A DNA stretch of 56,395 nucleotides, counting the filler, from Platydemus manokwari (taxonomy: Eukaryota): assembly GCA_037951405.1 (NCBI GenBank). It is 5 parts of 5 records of this genome, joined end to end, with 100 filler letters (N's around TTAATTAATTAA, not from the genome) between each part and the next. Parts side by side here need not be neighbours in the genome. Positions count along the whole stretch, not along the records: positions 11,657 to 24,772 come from JBBMOY011838056.1; positions 24,873 to 34,051 come from JBBMOY011287206.1; 3 more parts are not named here. One strand, written 5' to 3'. A program made the translations under genes and the position numbers. The notes beneath the pieces are model-generated. The model was not told where the DNA came from. It searched no databases and worked only from the letters and a program-made list of their open reading frames with translations. Positions 13,801 through 26,110 of this stretch are shown here, one piece after another. Numbering within the stretch: the first letter of the stretch is position 1; the number at the start of each line of letters is the position of its first letter.

Positions 13801-14679
13801 TATTTATTATGAAATTTTTTTTTCCGTAAAAGAATTTTCACAAGAACTATGAATTTATATACGTAATTTATTAGAAAATTCTCAAGTTTTATCGATGGTT
13901 TTTTGAGGTTTTACGTTGTGAATTTTTTCGGTGGTCAAAAACTGTGAATCAAATTCGTCAAATATAATGACTATATTTTGAAAAGCTGTCAAAATTTAAC
14001 GAATTTTATAAAGAAAAATGTTTTATATAATTTGTTTCAATATAAATTGATGAAAGTCAATAAAATTTCTTGATTAATTGCAAATCATCAAGTCAAATCC
14101 AAAATTAAACAAGTCGACATAACATCAATATGTCAAACACAATGTTTTAAAATTTCATGAAATTTAAAGTGAATACATAATTAATATTATAATGTTGCAC
14201 AAACACCAAAAAAGCAAGTGCCTAGACAAAGATAAAGGCATCTAAGATGCAAATGATTGCACAATCAAATAAATAATAAATAAAGTTTTAATACATTAAT
14301 ATTACATGGATTGAGTTTTCTTCAATTCATTGTAGTCAGTTACCTTTTTCTTCCAAACATTACAAGAACGATATCGATCAGAGGATATTAAACATTTTAA
14401 TTACCAAATCTTAAAATTTAATAATAACCATAAAGGTATGTAAATCAATTTCAAATGATTATTTTCAAATATTTATCAAAATATTCATAAATAACTTTAA
14501 AATTGTGAGGTTACTTTAAAAATACGACAAGTAATTAAAATTATTAAGAATTACACCAAAAGATATTTTTAAAAAATCATATTAAGAATTAATATAGCTT
14601 ATTAATTTTATAAAAGGATCTTGTTTAAAAATTACTGTTAAACTCAGTTATAGACATAAAATTATTAAACATAAAATTT

Positions 14680-15176
14680 GGCTTAAGTTAAGAAAATGGG
14701 TCCTTTGATTTACTTTCGTAATAATGAATTTTCGCGCATGAGATAATGTTATTACTTAATTTTATATATAATTGCGATGTTTGATTTTGTTCGTAGAATT
14801 CAGTTAATATCTCTTTTGTTAGGATGTCTAATAGGGACAAAACATAGTTTCAAAACTAAGTTCCTGTTATAAAATTGTAAAAAACTAAGAGTATCTATCG
14901 ATTTGCTTCTAATGTTAAAAGGAGATCCTGACTAGTTTTCAATAAATTGCAATTCGATCTACTTTGACCCGTTTTTCAATTACTCAAATTTAAGGAGATT
15001 TGGAAGCTTTAGTGTATTTAATACTTTATATCAAACAACTAAAATTCTTCTTAAATAGTTAAATAAAAAATTCAAAATGTTTTTAAATAATATAATTAAA
15101 TAAACTTTGTAGATTTTCGCAATACTCTCAAAAAATTGAAAAAAATATTTTAGGACTCCTTTTCTTAACTTAAGCC
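14680..15176. mobile_element. Non-autonomous DNA transposon (MITE), Merlin-like, 497 bp
   Basis: Terminal inverted repeats GGCTTAAGTTAAGAAAATGGGTCC / GGACTCCTTTTCTTAACTTAAGCC flanked by a perfect 8-bp direct repeat TAAAATTT (14672-14679 and 15177-15184). GG..CC ends with an 8-bp TSD fit the Merlin superfamily (inference). No ORF. Confidence 0.85.
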
Positions 15177-15605
15177 TAAAATTTAAATCTTTTAAAAAAT
15201 AATGTAATATAAAAATGTATTCATTTTTATATTATGATTAAAAATGAAAACAAATCAGATGGAAATAAGTTTAATTTTATTATTTAAAATTTGTTTAGAA
15301 ATTTATGTATTGACCAATAGATTTTTTGGTCTGTTGTAAACATGACTTTTGATTTGAATATAAAGAATGAAGAAATTTTGCAACTAACAAAAATAATTGG
15401 GCTTTAGAAATTCAATTCAAAATAAATAAATTGTTTTAGAACACTAATCGCAATAGGCTATTTCCACAATAAATGTCTATTTACACAACTCTTAAGCATT
15501 ATTATTGTATCTGATAAATAAAATTTTATTATATATAATATTACACTTTCGACTAATTATAATTGCATTTCCCTCAATAATAGATGAATAATAAATCCAA
15601 CAAAC

Positions 15606-18600
15606 CTTAAAATTGATAAACATTTGTTGAAAATCATTAAACAATGGACGTTGAGTCGGATCTTGATTGAAAGCTCGTTGTAACAGTGGTATCAATTCTT
15701 CAGGAATTCCATTCGAAGATTCAACCAGAAACGGAATGGAATAGCTTTGCAAAATTGATTTATATGTTTTGTTTTTATGAGGAATTATTCCAGTGAAACT
15801 TTCCCAAATAATAATTGCAAAACCGTATAGATCTGTCGATGTATTGACAAATGAATTACCGCTTAAAATTTCTGGAGCAAGCCATTTGAACATATTATCA
15901 AGATTGTTGTGGAAATTGTTGGAATTCCATTGTTGATTGGGTAATTTGAAATTTTTTTCATCGACGTTGCTAAAATTGAAAATGAAAGAGATAAATTAAT
16001 TTTAATTTATTAAATTAAAAAAAAATTCAAATAACGGATTTAAATATTAAATAACTTGAAAAATATTTAAATTAAAAAAACAATAAAATGAAAAATATTT
16101 AAATGCTAGAAGGCAGTTAAGATTTCTTTCGTTCAATTTTTACAGTCCGGTTCGGTTTTAAAAATTTGTATTTAGTTTACCCAGTCCTGGTTATGGCTAA
16201 TAATAAATTATAAGAAAAAGTAGATCAATATAATAGTCATTATATATAAAAATCCCCACATAAAATTTTAATTTTTTGTTTATTAAAAGATCGATAAATT
16301 AAGTCTGTTTGTAATCATAATGTTTAATTTTAAAGTGTCCCCGTGGAGAGATTAGACCAAGCTCGTTATTATGAAGTATAAACAAATTTGATATAAATAC
16401 AAATGTATGTTATCGGATTATTAACACTGGAGCAACCCACTTGAACATACGATAAGCATAAACATTGATTGATTGATATAAATGTTGAAATAGTACTTAT
16501 AAATTTATAGCACAAATATAAAGATATTATTAATTAGAACAGATAACAAACTAAATGAACTATAGTAGTCATAAATAAATTTTTGAAATCAATTTAAAAC
16601 ATATTATAAATGCTTCAATATTTTTATCAACAGATTTATAAGTGATGAAAATTTCTTTATAATGAATGATTTCGTGATATATTTATGTATATATTTATTT
16701 TCCTATTGTGCAAATCAAGGATTAGTAAATTAACGAATTTCATATTTTTTCAACTGTGAAGGATTTCTGATAGAGAGCCATAATCCAACTACTTTTCATT
16801 AAGCGATAATAAATGTGAATGAAATAATATTCGATATGCAAATAACGTCAAACTTTCGATTTTATTCCATTGCAAGCCAAAATATGATGAATTAGAGATA
16901 GTATCTAGTTCTAATTAGTAAAAAAAATGGATTTCAAATCTATATAATATCCATTGTAATCATCAAAAAGCGTCCAGTCATCAAACTCAATGGCTTTCAA
17001 CCAAAGATTACCCAGAAACCAAGGGCACACATGTTCAACTCGTTTCCAGTTGGACAAAAGAACAAAAAGGCACTGCGCATTCAATAATTTTCCTGTATGA
17101 AAACTTTTATTACAGTTTTCCTTTAAAGGAACATTTTCGGTTACTTGTCTCCGGTCAAAAGAAATGGATAACTAAATTAAAGTTAGAAAGAACATAATCT
17201 TTCATTCTATTGCCAAACATCAGACATTTTAAGATCGCAATTTCAGAGTTTTCTTTCTATATTTCCTTGTTTATGATTGGCATGGATTCTGCTATAAAAA
17301 GATTGTTTATAAAGAGATCCATATCAAAATAATGGTTGTATTGTGTATTCTCAATAACAAGTGTGGAATATTTGTTGATGAATGAAATGATGATTAATTT
17401 ATAATGGAAAATCCAGTTTCCGGGCAAATAACAGATAAATTTAAACAAATAGCACAGTAACTAAAACAATTATTTCAAAATATAAAAATGGGATAATATA
17501 AAACAAAAATTAATTAAAAACAGAAAATATATTAATAAATTGTTTTAATTATCCAAATATCATCATTATATACAAGTTGTGGACGCATTTTCGTGCAAAA
17601 TTATCGAGAACAACATTTTTCTTTTTTGACACTGGTTGATTTTAATTTCTATTTAGTTGAAATCAATTTCTTGAACTTACGATGTTTAATGGGTTTTCAT
17701 TTGAGCTAATTTTTTGTGTTTAAATGAGAAATATAATCTTTCTTTTACTTTTGAATTAAATGTGTCAAAGTCGCTAGTATTAATTTTATCCTCACACAAA
17801 ATTTTAACGAAACGTTTTTTGTATTTGATTTATTAAACAATGATATAGTTAACCTTGAAATAATATTTTTTTAGTTTATTGAATTTGAAGTAATTTTAAA
17901 TTATATATTTTTATTAATATTCTGATGACGATGAAAAAATTTAATTTTAAGAGTAATTTGTTTAACTTTTTTCATTTTATAAAATTACTTCGAAATCCAG
18001 CAATTTTACTAGTAAATTATTTTACTTGGATAAATTTAGTGATAAATTTAAGAGATATATTTAGATTTCATAATGTAGTCTTGAGAATATGAAGATTTTG
18101 CAGCCAATTTAGAAACATCAAAACATTCATTAATATCACAGCTAAATTGATTTCATTTTCTTTATCATTTATTATTGCATTAAGCTTTTCTCACAAAATC
18201 TTCATATATAAAACACTCTAAGATATCCATTAAACTATTGTTTATAGTTCCTATTTATTACAGACATTTCATATTCGAACTAAAATTTCATATATAAGTT
18301 CATAATAATGTCATTTTTTGTCGGTAATCGTCTCATTTGCTACACAATCTTTGGAATTAATTCAATAGTTGAGAGCATTTTATCCAACTTTTTGACCAAT
18401 AAACTGATTATTCTATGCCAAAATTTTAACTAAAATTGTTTTCTTATTTTATAATTAGAATAAATAAATAAACCAAATGCAGCCTTGACACATGCTCATT
18501 TTATAACATAATGTTTTGAATTTGGTTAAAAATATTTTGAGATTTTAAATTTTGAATCAATATTCTCCTAACTGACAGACTATTATCTCTAAATTTATTT

Positions 18601-21600
18601 ATAAAGAACTCAGTACATTTGTCATCTGAATCCAAAATGTTAATTTTTAAGTGAACATTGATTTCCATATACTTTTAGTTTTCATGAAAGTCTATTCGTT
18701 CGAAGGAATAATGAAACCACTTTTTTGTCTTACACGGCTTTTAATATTTTCTTACACATTCCAAATGTAATATATTTCTCATCGAATTTGAGAATCTAGC
18801 TCGACAATAGTCTTTTCATTCAAACAACTTCTGTATGTACCTAGTGCAATGTAAAAATTGACAAGAGCCAATCAATCTTTTGCTGTCATTCTCGAAATTA
18901 TTCCGAAAAGCAAATCATCAACAGAGCTCTTTAAATAATTATTTTTTTAATAGTCTATGTTATATTTGATATTTCGATATTCGATGATGAATTGATTTAT
19001 TGTTGACTTTTAGTATGAGAATAAAAACTAGTACCAGTTTTTAGTATAATACGACGAATTTTATACATGTAAACAAAATAATTTCATTTGCGCTCGCTTA
19101 AGTAGGCTATTTACCAACAGATTGGATATTCAATTTCAGTGATAATATCGGTGTTATAACTTCATGGAGGATGGTTTTGATGTCGAGGTTCTTCTTTTTT
19201 ATAGTAATTTCCTGGATCAGTAGATTGATTGATAATTTCCTTTATAGTGTGTAATCACTTAATCTTGCAACATATAATTGTCAAATATCAGTTCTAATTT
19301 TAACAGAAAGAATTCAATGAGTAACAAAATAGGAGTTTTTGTTGATGTGTAATCCTTATTTATTTTAGTTTTTATTTCTTGGTTTTTTCTTTTTTAAATT
19401 TCTTTATCCTCCTTGGTATTTAAATACTATTTTTGGTATTTTTAACTATTTTTAGATTGCAATATTTTATTTCATCAATATTGCGAGAATTTTTAAATGA
19501 GTTAAATTTTTAAAGATTTAATTCAGATTTTATATAAAATTATATTAATTTTATTATATAATTGTTTTTTAAATACATAATTTGGTGGCTTGATTTTTCA
19601 GCTCGTTTTCAATGCGTGAGACTTACCAATACCAGGGCTTTATTTAATCTATTTTTATTTTATAATTGCTTTTTCCTATGAGTCATTATTTATTAAAATT
19701 TTTTATTCCCCTAATAATTATTACAACTAAGATGAGGTTTGGTAACAAATAATATGATATAGTATAAAAGCAAAATCAAATTCAAACTATTCACGATATT
19801 TTGTTATGTTGAAAATAAAAATAAATTAAAATTATCGAAATAAAATACAGCTTAGTTTCTAAGTTAAATAATTATTTGACCATATTTGTAGAATAATAGC
19901 TTCATACCACTAATAGTAATTATAATGCTCTTGATTGTAAATAAAAAGCTTAAGCAGCTCTATTTTCAATTTTACATTAAAGTGTGCAACCCGTTATTAT
20001 GACAGATCGACAGTTCTAAAATAAATATCATTAAAATTTAAGAAGTAAAAGGATTATTTGATGATTCGATAAACTATTATTTTTCATAATGTTTTATTAG
20101 CGAAAGCCGAGAAAAAATTTGTTAATAGAAAATACATCATATTATTTATGTTTACTGACAACAAATATTTGTCTTTTATAAAGATAATATTTTTATAATT
20201 AATCTTATTATTTACACAGATCAAGTTAAAAATATCCTTTTTCAAATCTCAATAATAATTTCTATTTTATAATTAATAATACACAATAATCGAATGGAAA
20301 AATTGTAGAAAAACCATGGAATAATATTGTTTATCGTTAAGCAACAGATTAAGATATGTTTTGAATCTAATAAAAATATTTCAGAAGCTTTCAATTATCT
20401 ATAATATTGTGATCGATTAATATTTTATAAGTTATTATATTGAAATATATCCAAAAATTCTCAAACTTGTATTCACAAAACCAAATTTTTTAAAAAAATA
20501 AATAGGCTTCAAATCCAACATTTGCTGCTAGTTTCATGTTTTATCTGTGTCGTATCCAAACAAATACCGTTTTCAATCAAAGTATTTCAATATTCTGTAG
20601 AAGTTTTAGAACATTGTATATAGTCATTTTATTACTGATGGCTTTCTAAGAAATGAAACGAAATATTTATATTTCTTAAAGATAATTGACGTGAGAAATC
20701 AGCTTAATCAAAATGATTTTTATTAACAGATAAATCTATTTGAAAGTCACTGACAATATTAGAAATAACCAGTTAGATTTTATTATAGTTTTACAATTTC
20801 CATACGAGAAAAGAAATCCAATTTATAAATACTGATAAAAATTCCTATAGCATGGTTATGTTTAGATTTCAATTTCGGTAAATTTACATATACATCAATG
20901 ATCAAAGTTAATAATACATCATCATGAATATAAGAAACCTCGATAACTGTTATTAATTTATATTATTTGTAATTCTTACTTGTTGATTGCCTTATTTTTA
21001 TTATATGTATATATGTTTAAAGGCCCCCAAACGAGATTCTTTATATTTTATATGCAATGCACAATGCGTTTGCTGGAAAGTATTGTAAAGGTAGTAGAAA
21101 TACAGTACTCTTCTATATAGCACATATTTACTATACATGTACTAAAAATGTTATCGACTAGGATAAAATTTCAGAGTTTAGAATTAATTTTTTCTAATTT
21201 TTTAATAGTAACGCGGCTATTGAAAATATCAGAAAAAAAGTATGAAGATGCACATAGAAGATATCATGAGAAATGATTTGAAAATTATTGTTTTTTTATA
21301 ATAACGGAAAGCCATTGTGTCGTATTTGTAATAGCAAATTATAATGATATAATAATATTAGCAGTGTAAATGTTTTGTAATGATGTATTTATTAGATTTT
21401 TAATTAAATAGTGATTCATTATTTACAAAATCTAAAAATAAAGATAAAGAATGCGCATGACCAGTTTTTTCATTCGAAAATTAATATTTAAACGACTGGT
21501 AAATTCAATGAATGCCAGATCAAACCGACATCATCGAAATAGACTGGGTATTATATATATATATGATATCCAAAGTTCTGTTTATTAGAACAACGCCTTG

Positions 21601-22578
21601 TTTATTTATTATTTTATTCCTGATGATACAATCACATTCACATCATGTTTATTTATATTTGCAAGTATTAATTGACATGGCGGGGATTACATAATCAAGA
21701 ACCAACAAGCAAACAACCATACCTTCATAACCGTACCATAAGATTCGATTAAATGACCCTTACATTGGGAAATCGAATACAAATGGCTGGTATACATAAG
21801 ATTTAAGAGCAGAAAAATTTCATTGAAGAATTTGGATAAAATTATTGCTCAGAATTGCAAATTTTTACAATCAATAGCATGGCAATCAATAAGTTACTTT
21901 TCAAGAAATATTTATGAATCTCTTTCACAATAAATAAAATTTAGAAACACTGTCGGATGTGTTTGAAGTCATACCACCTTGTTAGTATGTTTTTTCTAAC
22001 CGAGCCTCCCTAGAAACCTTCTCACAATTTTCACATTCTACAAATTCAACCCACTCAATTCTGACTGACTATTCAACTCCTGCAGTAGGAATTTTTAATA
22101 GAACACATAATTTATGTATGTTATCATATATTCATAGTTTTAGTTTTTATAATAAAATATAAATAAGATGCAAAAGGAAATCAATTATTTTATTTTTGCA
22201 TTGATAAAAAAATAAATACGTACCTTATTTCCACGGCATATTCAAAGTTACCCAACTTGACCATTTTATCATTGATCAGATAAACGCCATGCGATGAAAT
22301 CGAACAGTGTATAATATTTTGAGAATGAACATATGTCAAAGCGTCGATCAAGGAATTTAAAATAGTTATCAAATCATTGTAAGAAAACTCCTTATTCTAT
22401 GAATAATTTATTAATATGTTGATGTTTGTAAAAATAATTTACTTGTAAGTGTAAATAATGATACATTGTGCCCTCCTCACACCTTTCAAAAATCAACTGG
22501 TACTGGACCGAATAAGTCTCTTCGTTGAGGATCAAATTTACACACATCAGTAGAAGCAAATTTGAATGTCTTAGAGAT
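15606..22578 (-). CDS. TEX14-like inactive protein kinase (pseudokinase domain), partial. Exons 22578-22443, 22396-22224, 15969-15606
   Basis: Three exons with canonical splice sites and matching phases (46-bp and 6254-bp introns) translate to SLRHSNLLLLMCV...LIFERCEEGTMYHYLH...LIDALTYVHSQNIIHCSISSHGVYLINDKMVKLGNFEYAVE...MFKWLAPEIL...TDLYGFAIIIWESFTGIIPH...DPTQRP. The catalytic loop HCSISSHGV and GNFEY resemble vertebrate TEX14 (HRSLSSYAV, TNLEY, from memory). The kinase fold is secure; TEX14 orthology is inferred. N-terminal and further 3' exons were not located. Confidence 0.8.
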
Positions 22579-23757
22579 CTGTGAAAATGCTATTTAAATG
22601 GTATTAACTACAATTGAATAGTATAAATAAAAATATTTCACATTTTGTTTTAATGAGGTGGATTTAAATCGAATTAAATAGCTTCAGCTTTAAATTAAAA
22701 TAATAAAAAACATTAATTCACAGAAAATCGACGGAGAGTAAAAGAATTGGATTAAAGGGTTATAAAATATTTCATGGTTCAAGTTATTAAGTACTTTCGT
22801 ATTTCTCTATAAAGATTGTCTTCCAATGGGTGTTCTTATATGAAACAAAAATACAATTGTGACAGGGACACACAATCTAAAGAGTATTTTGAGTGAATTT
22901 GAGTAACATGATAATGCTTTCGAATACAATTGTACATTGACTACTGAATGGTAGATACGATACCCTATTCAAGATTATTGTGTAAATAGCAAGTGAAAAG
23001 TAGTCTATTATTAGACTAATCTAACGGTTTGTGAATTTTTCAATCAGCGAGACCACATAGCACGTAATTAAAATAATCATAACTCAAATTTTTCAAAGTG
23101 TACATTTATAACATAAAATTTATATTATATATTTATATTATAAACTATTATATTTTATCATAGTTCTTCGTCAATTAGTTTTTAATAACATTTTACTATA
23201 TCTTTGATTAAGTGAATATCGGGTGTAGAGAGAAATGTTATATAAATATTTTCAGTAAATATGAAAAATATTCCAATCTATAAACCACTAATTACATAAT
23301 CTAATTTAGTGATCACAATTTGGCTATTAAAGTGGATAGGCGTATGGAAAAGAATAAATCAAATAATATTAGATGGAATCGAAAGATAAAGTATAATGTT
23401 TTTTCTTTAGACAAAAGAACTGCAATGAAGAATAAATAACTAAATTTAGTGTTCTAAATCGAATAATAATAAAGTATCTATTTGAAAATTAAATGTCGAA
23501 CTAAAAACTTTATCAATTACAATTACAAAAATAGAAGATTATTAATCAATATAAAAATAATTCATTATAAAAATATTTTAAGAATTATCTTTTGATGAAA
23601 AAACATTGTTTTTGGTTATTATGTTTGAAGAAATTTATAACTTAAAATAAATAAAAACCTGAAATTTTTTAAAAATTAACTAGCCATAGCCGGCTACAAC
23701 CTGCTGTGATCAGACCTGGTTCAATCAAATAGCTTTTTAGTTCATCCTTTTCATTTA

Positions 23758-24267
23758 CCGTAAACACCCAAGTATAATGCTCCCCCTACTTTTAAATTTA
23801 AAAACTGGTCTTTTTTGACATACCCAAGTATAACGCTCACCTAATTTTTCAAATTTTTCTGTTAAAAAATTAAGATTTCTCATCTCTGGTCGGTTACCCA
23901 CTCCACGAGCTCTTTTTCCAAGTCCTGGAAAGCCCCTGCAAGCTTTATTAGTCTTTGGCAGCTCAATAAGACATTCTTTCTGCTTTCTCCACAACCTGAC
24001 ATTTGTCTGCGGAGTTGTGAATTCTCTGGAAGCAGCCTAGTTACCATTTGCTTCTGCAAAGTTTATGATTTTAAGCTTGAAGGAAGCTTCATAACATGAT
24101 CTCTTTCTTTTAAATTCTGGCGTGTCAGTCATGCTTGTTTGGGGATCCGAATGATTTTCGTTTAAAAATTGTTAATAAACATACTTATCTTATTACATAA
24201 CCATCACATAATTTTCAATGTTGAAATTTGAGACGAAAATGGGAGCATTATACTTGGGTGATTACGG
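23758..24267 (-). mobile_element. Internally deleted pogo-family DNA transposon with Brinker-type DNA-binding-domain remnant, 510 bp
   Basis: TIRs CCGTAAACACCCAAGTATAATGCTCCC / GGGAGCATTATACTTGGGTGATTACGG with TA on both sides, and a subterminal copy of the TIR core at about 23821. The minus strand from ATG 24132 reads MTDTPEFKRKRSCYEASFKLKIINFAEANGN*AASREF...NVRLWRKQK, a BrkDBD-like HTH as in POGK-type transposases. The DDE domain is deleted. Confidence 0.9.
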
Positions 24268-24772
24268 TATATATACATATCAAGAAAATATTTAAATTTT
24301 AAAACAGATTAATTAAGAAAACACGAAATAAATAAATCAAAATTATTTAAATGCGCAATGCCTGGATTCTAGTGCAACGTTATGTCAAATTTCGAAGCTT
24401 TCGGTGAAGAATATTTATAGTTTTTTTTGATTTTTAACAATTGAACATTTACATATTTATTTACATAGATTTATGAATATTGGAAGATATTTAAATAAGA
24501 AAATCCTTTTATTAGACACTGTTAGGTGCCAAATATTCTAAAATAAATAACAGAAATATGTAAAATATTATGATTTTATTATTATTTATTTTAGGGTATT
24601 TGGTACGAAACAGCATTCAACCTTGGAAATATTTCCAATATAACATTTATTCGCGTAAAATAATCCGGATAAAGAAATACGGCATTGACTCTGACTTGTA
24701 TTCTATGCATTTAGGAAGGGTAAAGATTTATTATGAATGAATAAATAGTGATCAAAGTTCTCGTTGGAAACT

Positions 24773-24872
24773 NNNNNNNNNNNNNNNNNNNNNNNNNNNN
24801 NNNNNNNNNNNNNNNNTTAATTAATTAANNNNNNNNNNNNNNNNNNNNNNNNNNNNNNNNNNNNNNNNNNNN
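24773..24872. other. Assembly gap spacer
   Basis: Same N44-TTAATTAATTAA-N44 construct. Confidence 0.97.
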
Positions 24873-26044
24873 TAGTTGAGCAGCTGAGCTTGGAAAATTA
24901 AATCCAAAATTCCGATTGTCGGCGGCTGAGCGCGGAAAACTCAGCTGCCATGAATTAGACAAAAAATAATTTTTTTTGAAAATATTTGACTTTTGGTTTT
25001 ATTTTAATTTAAAATAATTAATTGAAAAAAGGAATTTAATTTTTTTTTAAAAAAATGGAAAGTTTCATTGCTACAAAAATTTGTTTGTTCAAATTCTTTT
25101 ACAGGGATTTATTAGTATTGTCCACAAGATATTTTAAAGACAAGATTAAAAGGTTGTGCAAATTATATTACAGATTTAAAGATTTGGAAATGATTTTCAA
25201 TTCATCAAATTTTTCAGTTTGAGAAGACGTTTAATTTGCCCAAACAGTACACAAGTCATAAAGCATAGTGAATCGTTAGAAGTTGATAAATCCGTTTTAA
25301 GGTGTGTTTTTATTACAACCAATTCAATTGGCAATGTTAATTTTTTTACAAAAAGGGGGAAATTGGGTATACGAAAGATTACGAATAAATTGTTGAGTGA
25401 AATGCTTTTCAACGAGGAGGGTTAAAAATTTTAATCTATACTCTATTGATTGTGAACGAAGTAATTATTGAATGCGAAACAGTTCTGACTGGCAAAAGTA
25501 TTATAACAATTTCCTAACAATCGTTATTTTATAACAAAACACGTGTATATTCAAAGAAGAGAGACATGAGAACCAATAATGTATTACGCTAGAAGAGGCA
25601 TGAATATTCGCACAATTATACAGGAACAGAATGATATCAATGGTGTCTGCTAAATTAGGACGAAGCATATTAACACTCTACATCTACGGACGGCCATTAG
25701 TTATCCTTATCTAAAAAGTGCATCCCGCTCATCGTCCTTATCTAAGATTTTGAGGAATGAAGACAAATCCTGAAAGAGAAAAACGGTTTTGTACCTTGAA
25801 ACCCTTGTTTTAACAATTTAAATATTGACACACCTACATAATCATACAAGCTTGACAACCAACGAATCACAGACGACTTAAACAGAAAAATCATAATTTT
25901 ACGAGAAACATAACTACACGAGGAGACACTCATAGGGATTGATTAATCCCTACATCTTATGGTCGTCGGATCCAACGAAAATACAATAAACAAAACAATC
26001 AATTAAAAGCGAAACACACAAAACACGAATATAAATATTGAGAC

Positions 26045-26110
26045 CGAGATAGTCAAATGCCAGTGTATTGGATGCCAGCATATTTAGCTGCCAGAGTATT
26101 AGATGTCAGT
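26045..26110. repeat. Short tandem array of four degenerate 15-16 bp units (xxaTGCCAGxxTATT)
   Basis: aaatgccagtgtatt / ggatgccagcatattt / agctgccagagtatt / agatgtcag. This pattern is typical of subterminal arrays in Mutator-like TIRs (inference). Confidence 0.5.

Noticed and set aside
21960-22110. PHD-like fragment (EWVEFVECENCEK) in the kinase intron
   Set aside because: Too short and interrupted by stops to assign; at most transposon debris.
25440-26040. Possible LTR/retroelement remnant
   Set aside because: Raised GC but no termini, TSD, PBS/PPT or coding motif could be established.
26045-26110. CRISPR-like array
   Set aside because: Units are adjacent with no unique spacers, there are no cas genes, and the context is eukaryotic.
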